From positions 198,345 to 262,344 of the forward strand of contig ADNK01002290.1 in the NCBI GenBank assembly GCA_000320545.1: DNA of 64,000 nt. The letters are read 5' to 3'. The stretch comes from Bigelowiella natans CCMP2755. Its lineage: Eukaryota > Protista > Cercozoa. Every line of letters begins with the position of its first letter. Within the stretch, counting starts at the first letter, position 1. Of the stretch, positions 50,473-60,059 are shown one piece after another. Made by a program: the position numbers and the translations under genes. The notes beneath the pieces were generated by a model. The model saw only the letters and a program-made list of their open reading frames with translations. It was not told where the DNA came from and ran no database searches.

Positions 50473-53400
50473 TCATCGCTTTCGGAACTTCACCAACCAC
50501 CAGGTAATAGATTCCTCTCTAACCTTATCTCCTTTGTCGCTTACCCAGAACTCACCTTCGTCCTTAGGTTCGTGTCCATACCAGCCCTCTGCATCAAGGT
50601 CCCCCAGGACCTTATACCAGTGCTCAAAGGGTAAGTCGGGAACAGCTAGGTAGAGTAGCTGATATTTTCCGTCCTTTATTTTCATAGCTACCCTCTCCAT
50701 ATTTCGTAATCCAGGGTAGCCTAGATAGACAATCTTCATGCGCCAATCGTCGTTCACCCTGACCTTATTGTTTCCATATTCCACATCGAACTTAGGTCGG
50801 GGTCCTAAACAAGGCATTGCTCGCTCCCACACAGTAGGGTTTACTTTAACATCCTCTAGGAGCTTCTCACCGATATCATAATTCTTTAGGTGACTGATGT
50901 GGCGCAAGGTGACCCTGTTCCCATCATAGATGTAGTACTGCTTCCTCCCCTTCCTCTCGGTAACCTTTGCAACGCCACCCCAGAAGGGGTCTTGTTTATT
51001 TCTCGATCTCAGATTTACCTTGGCCCTAACATACTGTCCTTCCTTTAGAACTCGGCCATCGTACGGGACCTTCTCGTCTTCGCTCTCGGTATCGTCGTCG
51101 TTGTCGTCGCCTTCTTCCCTCTCCTTATCCTTGATACCTCCCCCAGACGTGAAGGTGTCGTTTACTAACCCTTGTATCTTGTCTGGTGTGGTGCTATTTA
51201 TCCTGCTTAGGTTGGCCAAGGTGCGGTGGAGTCGCTCTACCTTGGAGTTGGACTGGGCATAGTATACAGGTGAGGCATCAATATTAGGGTGTGGTAGCTG
51301 TAGAAGAGAGGTCTCATTATCCACATGTAACTTCTTTGGTATCTTGTTTATGCTAACTTCATCAGGGATAGCCTGGAGCTCAGACTCCCAGGTACGGTAG
51401 CAGTTAGTAAGCCTCTGCTTATATAAGCCTTTGTTCTTCTTAGCAACGTTGACCTTGATAATCTTTTTAACCCAGCACTTTCCAGTGGCCACATCAACGA
51501 AGGTAAGGTAGTGATAGCCATCGTACTTATAAACATCAATTTGCACGATATCTAAGAAGTTCCTTGCTTTGATTTTCTTAGATGCACGGCTCTTGCTGGA
51601 CTCCTTGGTGGCGACGCCTGCCGCCTTCAAGCTGGAGCACCTGCAGCCACGCAGGTATGTCCTTATCTCTTTTAGCTTGTAGGGCCAGTAGTAATGGTAG
51701 AGTAGAGCAGTGATATGGTTTTCTCCTACGTGTGCAGGTCCATGGGCGGTAAAGAGAAGGGCTCCCCTGGTCCGCCGTGGCACGTAGGTACGCCTAACAT
51801 TATTAGTGTATACATATATCCTATCACTAAGTACCTCATGCTTGTGTTTGTATTTATCCAGGTGTTCTTGAAGGTGCTGGAGCTCCTCTGGCTCAGGCAG
51901 GAAGTCGCCGTCCTCGAAGGTAATCGCGTTAACCATAGGGGTGACCTGGGTAGGGACTTTCTTTTCGAACAGCCTGCTGAAATAGTCAGCAAGCTGCTTG
52001 TCTCCTGGTGCGTAGACCACTGTCCTCTTGTCCCTAAACTCTTCCGTGTCCGCCCTCATAGCTGCATACTCATCGTTAGGCGCTTCGAGCTTGCGGTCGA
52101 TGCCTAGGAGGGGCTTGTGGTCAGTCATTAAGGTGAAGCTGGGCACCGACAGCAGGTAGTATCTTAGTTTCCTCTGCGCCTCAGTCATGGCTTTATACTC
52201 TCCTTTTGTAGGGCTGTACTTGGCCTCAGCTGCTGTGCAGGCCCTGCCCCACACCCGTATGATCTGCTGGTCTTGGGTAAGTACAGCAGCCATACCTAGC
52301 TTAGACCAGTCTGTCCATAGGGTAGCTGGTCTAGTAGTGTCTAGCTTAGCATTCAATAGGGTGTTGCTGCATAACTTTATTAGGTTATCGAAGTGGGCAT
52401 CAAGGCCAGCCTTGGCCCACACCTTAGCGAAGCTGAGGCCTACAGAGTTCTCCTTCCGGTAAGCAGTAGTAAAAGCAGCTGCAGTCCTAGCGTAGGTAGG
52501 GGAGAACCTACGTAGTATCCAAGCTGCAGTCTGCAAGAATGACTTTAACTCCTTTGCATTCTTAGGTTTAGGGGCTTGCTGTAGTGCTGCTACTTTCTCG
52601 GGGTTTGGGGTGATGCGGCCTTGCTCCAGGTAATATCCACACCACTTGATTCTTGTAGCTAGGAATGTACACTTCTGCAGTCTAATAGTAAAACCGAAGT
52701 GTGCAAACCTAATAAATATATTTTCCAGGAGGAAGATCTGAGCGACGACTGTGTTGGTACATATTATGTCATCATCCACATACACAAACACAAACACCCA
52801 CAACACAGACGCCATCCCATCATGTGTGTATGCCCTGTAGTTCTGACTACTGAACGCATCCCCTGATATGCTTAGGCCGTAAGGGAATACGACGAAGTGC
52901 CACTTCCTGTGCCTGCTGGAGAACGCGGTAATGGGGCGGGAGGTTTTGTGGATGGGTGTCTGCATGTATGATTCATTTTTATCTAGGGAAGAGTAGTATT
53001 TGTATCCTATGACGTGTTCAATAACGTCATCTATCCTTGGTGTAGGTGTCTGGATCCTCTTTATTACTCGGTTGTGGCGGATGAAGTTGTGAGCCAGGCG
53101 GAAGAAAGGGTAAGTAGGTTTCTTAGCTAGCACATGTCTCACGTTCCATGGTGAGTTGCTTGGCTCTATCTTCCCTTCCTTTGCCCATTCATTGATCTGC
53201 CACTCTATCTTTTCCCAGTCCGCTTCCGGTCGCCTATGTTCTGGGTCATTGATGATGCACTCTTCGTATCCCTTCTTTAGCTCGATCTTTACTGGGGTAA
53301 GCTTGCTGGAGGGCTTCGTCGTCGGCTTGGTGATGTCAGAGTACTTCTCGTTTAATATTTTATTAATGTACTTTTTGCCTTTGTCGATATCCCAATCATC

Positions 53401-55446
53401 AGCTGGGGGGGTCTTGTCCAGTAGCTCCGTTATCTGTCGGATGTTCTTGCCGGGGTTCTTCTTCCGTAGCTCGGTAGGTGTAGGTAGCTTGTTGTCCGCT
53501 AGGTCCATAAACTCTAACGCATTAACGCTTGACTCAGAGGTCCACTCGTCAAGCCGTATCATGTTCTGGCTGATGGTCCTGCCTGACTTCTTTGGCAACT
53601 TAGCAAAGTATATCTTGTGATTGTAGAATGATATGATCCCCCCTAATTTTTCTAGGGCATCCTGTCCGAGGAGTAGTTCCATGGATAAAGTCATGGCTAC
53701 TCGGGTCTTGATTTGGGTCTCCGCGTCGCTGCCAGGTATCTGTAGCTTTAGCATTAGCTCACCGACGGTCTTCATGGAAGAGCTTCCGTCTGCTTGAGCA
53801 TATTTACGTTCTTTCTTAGTCACTTGATCCAATAGTCCTAACCTTCTTACTGTGCTTAGGCTTATGAAGGACTTCGGCATGCTGCCACTATCCCAAAGGG
53901 CAGGTAGTTTCTTGTAGTCTCCGTAGCTGTCTTTAACTTTAACCTTGGTCATAGCAACTTTGATAGTCCTGTTAGCGTCTTCGTCATTAATGTTGCATAC
54001 TCCTAAGTTCTTTATGTCGTCTAGGGTCATGGGCTTGTCTTGGTCCTGCGTTGCTGGTACTGCTGTCTTCGTCGGCGCCTGCTTAAGGTGATCTAATATT
54101 CCGTTTATCTGCTGCTGTATAGCATTGATACTGTTCTGCTTTTTGTTCTTATATTTATTGTTCTTCCCGTTGTTGCTGCCTTGCCATTTGCTGTTGTTAT
54201 ATCCTTGTCCTCTGCCTTTCTTTCTCTTTAACTTCTCGTAGTGTTCGTTGAGCTGCCTGATCGTCATCCTGGGTCGTCCTTCTTTCCTGTCTCTGCAGTC
54301 TTTAGCGGTGTGTTTCCCTTTACGTGAGCAGTATCCGCAACGTCGGTTACCTTCCCTGTCCTTGTACCAGTCTCGCTGCGGCTTAATAGCGTTAATGTTT
54401 CCTATGCCAGGTACCTTAGGGCTGGTAAACTTGCGGTCCTGCTCCTGCTCGCGTAGGGATATAGCCTGCACTGCTGCCTCCATCGTGGTGTAGCCTTTCT
54501 CCGTAACGTAAGTGGATTCCTTTATCTTTAACTTGAACTCTTCAAACCTTGCCTGATCATCACCTGTGTTGTAATTAAAATCATGTAGTTCGTCGATCAT
54601 ATCCTGGAAGCGCGTGGCAAAGTCTCTAACAGGTTCTCTCTCATGCTGCATCATTGCTCTGTATTTTCTAATAGCCTGGGGTAGGGAGTTAGCATCCTGT
54701 TCATTTACAAAAGCCTTCATTATCGCCTCAACGTCTCGTAGCCCACTAACTGTAGTGTGTATTTTCTCTAGCTGCCTGATCCGGGTCCTGCCTGTCTCGT
54801 AAAGGTCCATGGCTTGCTTTATTATAGCTAGCCATTTGAGCTTGTCGTTTTCGGTGGGGTTAGGGGTAAAGTCGCAGAGTATACTCCTAGCGTTCTTCCA
54901 CCACCTCCTTGCCTCACCTCTTTTCCCGTTGTATTTCGTTATCATAACCGGTGCTGTTTTAACAGACATGAACTGGGTGTTCCGCTGTACCGGCTGCTGC
55001 TGCTTGACGGTGCTCTGGGTCGTCCCCCGCGAGGCGCCCAGACCCCCGTCGTTCCTAAACAAAGCTGCCCACTCTGGAGGTAAGTCTGCTTCGTAATCCA
55101 TGATGTCCTGCATGATAGCTGCCCAAACATCATGTGTCTGATACTTGTATTCTATCGATACTTTCAGTTTGGCGTAGTTGCTCGCCCTGGGTCGCAAGGC
55201 TCGTAATGCCATTACGACCTTCTTGCTTTCGGCGGCCACGTCCTCGTCGTCCGCCTCGTAGAAGTTCTCCAGTGCCTCTGCTGCTGCATCTGCTTTCTTA
55301 ATCCCGGGTGCTGGTCCCGGCGGTGCCTGTGGAGGTGTTCCTCCTCCTTCCTTAGCGTCCGTATCGCCCTTCCTTTCCTGTTTCTGCTCGTGCCCTTGCA
55401 CGGCCTGCGAGCCAAAGTCCTGCTGTTCTTCTAGCTGCTGTGACAT
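50473..55446 (-). CDS. Gag-Pol polyprotein (1657 aa) with extra C-terminal Dam-like domain
   Basis: Zn knuckle CGYCSRKGKHTAKDC, protease LWDSGS, RT SLD...PYGL...YVDD, RNase H TDWS...TDHKPL...ADYFSR, integrase H..AH...YYWP...QID...VDN...VER, and SH3-like DPFWGG...RHISHLK. Confidence 0.96.
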   Translation of the reverse strand: MSQQLEEQQDFGSQAVQGHEQKQERKGDTDAKEGGGTPPQAPPGPAPGIKKADAAAEALENFYEADDEDVAAESKKVVMALRALRPRASNYAKLKVSIEYKYQTHDVWAAIMQDIMDYEADLPPEWAALFRNDGGLGASRGTTQSTVKQQQPVQRNTQFMSVKTAPVMITKYNGKRGEARRWWKNARSILCDFTPNPTENDKLKWLAIIKQAMDLYETGRTRIRQLEKIHTTVSGLRDVEAIMKAFVNEQDANSLPQAIRKYRAMMQHEREPVRDFATRFQDMIDELHDFNYNTGDDQARFEEFKLKIKESTYVTEKGYTTMEAAVQAISLREQEQDRKFTSPKVPGIGNINAIKPQRDWYKDREGNRRCGYCSRKGKHTAKDCRDRKEGRPRMTIRQLNEHYEKLKRKKGRGQGYNNSKWQGSNNGKNNKYKNKKQNSINAIQQQINGILDHLKQAPTKTAVPATQDQDKPMTLDDIKNLGVCNINDEDANRTIKVAMTKVKVKDSYGDYKKLPALWDSGSMPKSFISLSTVRRLGLLDQVTKKERKYAQADGSSSMKTVGELMLKLQIPGSDAETQIKTRVAMTLSMELLLGQDALEKLGGIISFYNHKIYFAKLPKKSGRTISQNMIRLDEWTSESSVNALEFMDLADNKLPTPTELRKKNPGKNIRQITELLDKTPPADDWDIDKGKKYINKILNEKYSDITKPTTKPSSKLTPVKIELKKGYEECIINDPEHRRPEADWEKIEWQINEWAKEGKIEPSNSPWNVRHVLAKKPTYPFFRLAHNFIRHNRVIKRIQTPTPRIDDVIEHVIGYKYYSSLDKNESYMQTPIHKTSRPITAFSSRHRKWHFVVFPYGLSISGDAFSSQNYRAYTHDGMASVLWVFVFVYVDDDIICTNTVVAQIFLLENIFIRFAHFGFTIRLQKCTFLATRIKWCGYYLEQGRITPNPEKVAALQQAPKPKNAKELKSFLQTAAWILRRFSPTYARTAAAFTTAYRKENSVGLSFAKVWAKAGLDAHFDNLIKLCSNTLLNAKLDTTRPATLWTDWSKLGMAAVLTQDQQIIRVWGRACTAAEAKYSPTKGEYKAMTEAQRKLRYYLLSVPSFTLMTDHKPLLGIDRKLEAPNDEYAAMRADTEEFRDKRTVVYAPGDKQLADYFSRLFEKKVPTQVTPMVNAITFEDGDFLPEPEELQHLQEHLDKYKHKHEVLSDRIYVYTNNVRRTYVPRRTRGALLFTAHGPAHVGENHITALLYHYYWPYKLKEIRTYLRGCRCSSLKAAGVATKESSKSRASKKIKARNFLDIVQIDVYKYDGYHYLTFVDVATGKCWVKKIIKVNVAKKNKGLYKQRLTNCYRTWESELQAIPDEVSINKIPKKLHVDNETSLLQLPHPNIDASPVYYAQSNSKVERLHRTLANLSRINSTTPDKIQGLVNDTFTSGGGIKDKEREEGDDNDDDTESEDEKVPYDGRVLKEGQYVRAKVNLRSRNKQDPFWGGVAKVTERKGRKQYYIYDGNRVTLRHISHLKNYDIGEKLLEDVKVNPTVWERAMPCLGPRPKFDVEYGNNKVRVNDDWRMKIVYLGYPGLRNMERVAMKIKDGKYQLLYLAVPDLPFEHWYKVLGDLDAEGWYGHEPKDEGEFWVSDKGDKVREESITWWLVKFRKR

Positions 55447-55462
55447 TGTTAGTCAAATCGTT

Positions 55463-55480
55463 TCCCGTGTGTGGAAGCCA
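55463..55480 (-). promoter_or_regulatory. Primer-binding site (tRNA not assigned)
   Basis: TGGCTTCCACACACGGGA begins 5 nt after the 5' LTR and is complementary to a ...GGAAG-CCA tRNA-like 3' end. Confidence 0.7.
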
Positions 55481-55485
55481 AAGGT

Positions 55486-55811
55486 TGTTGCGCGTAAGGT
55501 GTTCACAGGCCGAGGCGCTACGTGCACAAGTAGGCAGGGGGGGGGAAAGGCACGTTTGCTTCCTTTTGAAGAGTTGTGTTTATTTTTATTAAAGATTATA
55601 TTTTTATTAAATCGTGCACTGCGTAATCATTCGCGAAGCTTTCGCGAATGCCGCCGCACGTGGGGCAGCACACTTCCGGTGTGCTGCCATGAGTCCCGCC
55701 GGAACCCACGTGCCTATGCTGTATTAATATCTACGTTATCTATATTCTATATCCGCGACAACCCCTTTGTTGTCGCACGTGACTTGTGCCCGCGTAGTGG
55801 TACGCGCTACA
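55486..55811 (-). repeat. 5' LTR
   Basis: TATA-like tract (about 55736-55752) and AATAAA signals (about 55580-55610) on the minus strand. Confidence 0.95.
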
Positions 55812-56123
55812 TTGTAGATGTAGATGCGCGCTCTATTGTGACGGGGGTGGGCCGGTGCTGGTGACGAGCAATGAACACTGTTGCCTGTTTGCGTGTGATG
55901 TCGCGCGTTGCATCGCAGGTCTAGATGTAGACGGTCTATTCATGGTGCATGTGTATTACGCACTGAATGTAGATGAGCATGTTCCATTGTGATCTCTGTT
56001 GAGGAAAATACAACTAGACATGCACATCTGATCGACAGTCATCCATTTTACGAAAACGATTAACATGCATTTATACACAAATATTCATCAAACCTTCGAG
56101 GATGCCAATAACTTCAGTTCTAC

Positions 56124-57420
56124 TCAAGGCTTGGATTCGCTCCACAGAGATTCAATATCAAATTGGAGAAATGGAGACTCGTAAGCCTTGCGGATATAAT
56201 TGGTTCCGCTCGCATCCGTGATTCCAGTAGAAAAGAAAACGTTATTTTGTCTGACAATTAAAATTTTATTAACATTCTAAAGATTCGCTTATCGTGGCTA
56301 TTAGTGACTGACCCGAGATCATAAATAGCAATGTGGACGTCGCCACTCTGCGTTTGAAGAGGGAAATTCTTGACCACATTAGGGGCGGTGATATTGCCAT
56401 AGAATTTCTTTACAAGATTTGGCAGTTCGGGTTGCACTGAAGGCTAAACATATCGTTCTATTAGATATAATAATTTCATGTTTTTACGTTTCCTACCTGT
56501 GGGTGTTTGTCGATATACGCCACATTTTTAAAACCAGATTGATTTGTACGTGACGGCAGAGACTTGTCGTCATATGCCTAAAAACGGAAAGAGTACATAT
56601 GAGCGAATCGAACTCCTCAGAAAGTACAACGAAAAGTTACGGTTGCATGAGCCTGTTGGTAGTCCATTGCTAAGAACTCCTGGCTGCTGTAGTCTCCAAT
56701 CCCAAGCCACACACCCCAGGTCCGCTTTGCATTCTTCAAAATCATATACATCGCAAATTAATGAAGATTCGGCATTTAGACTTTTCAAAAATCAAACCTG
56801 AGCAATTGCAAGAGCTTCTTCTTTGGTGCTAGCGTGTTGAAGCATGTCGCGAATAACAAAGACGTCGGCCACTCCTGCGTAGCTGCCTTTTGGGTTGCCA
56901 CCACCCTACACAGAATCACAGCAGCAAAATTACAACCCATACTGAATAACACCGCCTAATCAATTATTAATACCGCAAGATCATCAACTTTTTCGCACTG
57001 TGCGATTTTCTCGCTGAGACCAGTAACCTGAGTTTGACCAAATTCCCTCCTGAAATTTGAGGAGCATATGCTAATCAAATGATAGTTACCACTCCAACGA
57101 CGCCTGGGAAGCCCAGAGAAGCGTATGCGATGTTGGTGTCTGTTGGATGGTGGACGATCACAACGCTATTGTTTGCAAAGGGGCCTCCTCCAAAGTCTAA
57201 GGTGCGCATCTGAACAAGTTTTCCGTCGACCGTAGCATCGCCCCATGCACCCATCATTGAGCACTGCATACGAACAAGTTCCGGAAGCATATTCATCACT
57301 CTGACGTAGCGTTTGGCTTGGTTGACATCCTTGCACATGGGAATTGTCTGGTTTGCAACTTGGCACATGCCGACTGCAATCCCGTCCGTCTCATCGAAGA
57401 CATGTCCCTGAAACCAGCAT

Positions 57421-57462
<42 letters not shown>

Positions 57463-58141
57463 AGCACAAAATCGCATTCCTTCACCTCTTTGCAACGAGT
57501 AGGTACGTTCTTGCACGCACACCAATGCATGCTACACCAGCCACCAAGTGGAATGACAACGAAGAATTAAGGAAACCTGCGTTTCGCGGATGAACTTTTC
57601 CTGTCGAAGATAGACATATTCCAGTGCTAAGTGGAAAGCTTCGGGGGCTAGGTCCTTCCCAAGTGCCTTTATTTTGTCTTGAATCCATTTGGGAAGTTTC
57701 CCAAGAGGGATCTGATCGACCTGGGCATATGAAGTCGAAATGTGAATGAACAGTGTCAATCCCGACTGAGTAATTTTCCAAATACTCTTCCAGCAAGCAT
57801 ACCTCTGCCTTGAAGTAATCATTCAAGCCATCGACCATGAAGTCAGAGATAGTTTCTCCTAGGAGTTGTCCTTGTGCCAGACCGCGTTCATACGCAGATC
57901 CGTAGATGTGCAGCTCTAGAATCCTCGTCTCATCCGGAGCTGATTACAAGAAAATTATTACGCGAAGCTCCTAAATGCATCCTAACCCTAAATGATGGCA
58001 CTCACCTTTGATATCATAAAGCTTTCCATTTTCGACTGTTTTCTTAAGTGTGCGAAACTCGGAAGCTTTGTATATCGAGATGGAGTGCACGGCGGCGAAG
58101 CAGAAAAGGAAGAGGGGGGCCATCAGGTTCGCCATCTTCAT
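56124..58141 (-). CDS. Secreted Ntn-hydrolase, dcd1/acid-ceramidase-like, multi-exon
   Basis: Signal peptide MANLMAPLFLFCFAAVHS, then LHIYGSAYERGLAQG, NMLPELVRMQCSMMGAWGDAT...QMRTLDF (Cys nucleophile), RDMLQ, RTWGVWLGLGD. Confidence 0.8.
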
Positions 58142-58896
58142 GATGTGTGTGCCTTTGCGCCAGGTATGTACCGGACAAAATTGAGTGCGACAGTGCCTCT
58201 TCTTTGAACAGTTCCTACAAGCCTTTTTCGAATCACTGCTCAGTCAAAAGAGGCTTAATTTTCTGACCAAATTGACACTCTTTTTGTGCCTGTGTCGCGA
58301 CTTGCCTCAAATCCATCCCGGGCCTCGATAATTTCGGAGCTCAAACAAAGGGGAGCTCGGAACCCAAATGTAAGTTAATTATGCGGTCGGCAGGGAATGA
58401 GATCCACCACACGGAACAACATTGGGAAGATAAGATATTCACAGCAATTTGATGGAAATAAGGATTGTCGCAAGTAATAATATAATTATATCTACAGTTT
58501 TTCTCCTGAACTCATATGATAGGTTCAAGTTTTAGGTTTCACAAAATTATATAATTATTGCTCAAATTGAAGACTAATTTATTCTAATTTTATAAAAATA
58601 ATATGTCGTTATATATAAATTCTTAAAGAATAATTAGCTACGAGCCATCAGATAAATTATATCTTAAAGAGTCACGGCGATTTGTGAACCAATTCCCCGA
58701 TATAAAGCGGAGTGAAGGTAATGGCGGACTAAGCTTCCTGCAAGGGGGGTGTGGGAGAGTGAAGAAGAGAACGAAGAATACAATCATGCATGTAAATAAT
58801 GATGAAATTCAGGCATTGAATGCCTGCATTCCTCTTATTTTTGAATTAAACACTGAACTTTTTTCTATGTATCATCTTCTCCTCAGCACAAGCACC

Positions 58897-59310
58897 ATGG
58901 GACGTGTTCGAACGAAACTCGTTAAGCGTGCATCGCGCCAGATTATCGAAAAATATTACCAGCGCCTGACTTTTGATTTCCACACCAATAAGCGGGTAGT
59001 CGAGGAGGTTGCTACCATTCCTTCCAAACGCCTCAGAAACAAAATTGCAGGCTTCACTACCCACCTTATGAAGCGCATCCAGAAAGGATCCGTACGTGGA
59101 ATTTCACTTAAGCTCCTGGAAGATGAGCGCGAGCGTAGAATGGATACCCTTCCTGAGCAATCTGCCATTGATACCTCAAACATCAAGATCGATAAGGATA
59201 CAGATGAGCTTCTGAAGTCTCTTAACTTCAGAAACATTGAGGGAGTTGCTGTTGACGACAATATGAACAACTACGATAAGCGTGACCGCAAAGACCGCCG
59301 TAAACATTGA
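58897..59310 (+). CDS. RPS17: 40S ribosomal protein S17 (eS17)
   Basis: [21 protein letters not shown]...DFHTNKR...[31 protein letters not shown]. Confidence 0.98.
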   Translation: MGRVRTKLVKRASRQIIEKYYQRLTFDFHTNKRVVEEVATIPSKRLRNKIAGFTTHLMKRIQKGSVRGISLKLLEDERERRMDTLPEQSAIDTSNIKIDKDTDELLKSLNFRNIEGVAVDDNMNNYDKRDRKDRRKH

Positions 59311-59707
59311 TAAGAAGCAGTGATATGGCTGGGATTTGAACGTTACTCTCAATAAATTCCTTTATCACAAAAAACTATGCTTCATGACACATGTATAATG
59401 GGACCTATTACTCACACCTAAAAATATTAATTCAAACCAATACCCTACATTTTTTTTGTTGTAATTTGAGGTGGGGGGGGTAACGAAGTGATCACGGTCT
59501 ATAGAAATGTGGGTTCTTTATTATTTATTCGGTACACGGTTGTTGAACGGTCACGGATCGTGAGGGTGGATGGGTGTCACACATTCTTTAAAAACTTCGA
59601 ATGATCAATAACTAACACGTGACGAAAAGATGCGGAAAGGGATGGTTATGAATTGGTGCGATTTGCGGAGAATATCACATGTTTGCTCCGTTACATTTTC
59701 CCTTTAA

Positions 59708-59750
<43 letters not shown>

Positions 59751-60059
59751 AACTCGAGTACTGTGTAACGCGTATTCACATAATGTGATATAGACACATT
59801 GTGAGCGACACACAATCATCATGTATCTGATAGACATGTATACATTGTGTAGCTAAAGCAGCTCATAGCGCCTTGGCTAATGCCATGTGCTAATGTTGCC
59901 ATGTATCGTATACTCTAAATCAGCGGCAGCATGCATATGGCCCCTGCGCGGTGCATGCTATGCGCACGCACGTATCGTAAAATGCGTAGATGGCAGATGG
60001 AATGGTGCAGATGAGGATTGCACATCACGTACATGTCCATCATGTAAAGACACAATGTG

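Larger units (their letters stand above)
50096..55811 (-). mobile_element. Full-length, apparently intact Ty3/gypsy LTR retrotransposon
   Basis: Two apparently identical 326-bp TG...CA LTRs, 4-bp TSD TTGT (50092-50095 and 55812-55815), PBS, PPT, and a single gag-PR-RT-RH-IN ORF. Confidence 0.97.

Noticed and set aside
55656-55713. Hammerhead-like three-way junction in the LTR (CATGAGTCC...GGAA)
   Set aside because: The catalytic CUGAUGA and GAAA cores are incomplete and the match is antisense to the element. Kept only as a generic structure.
58684-58896. N-terminal extension of RPS17 in the ORF track
   Set aside because: Starts at GTG in AT-rich upstream or intronic DNA. The conserved protein starts MGRVRTK at 58897.
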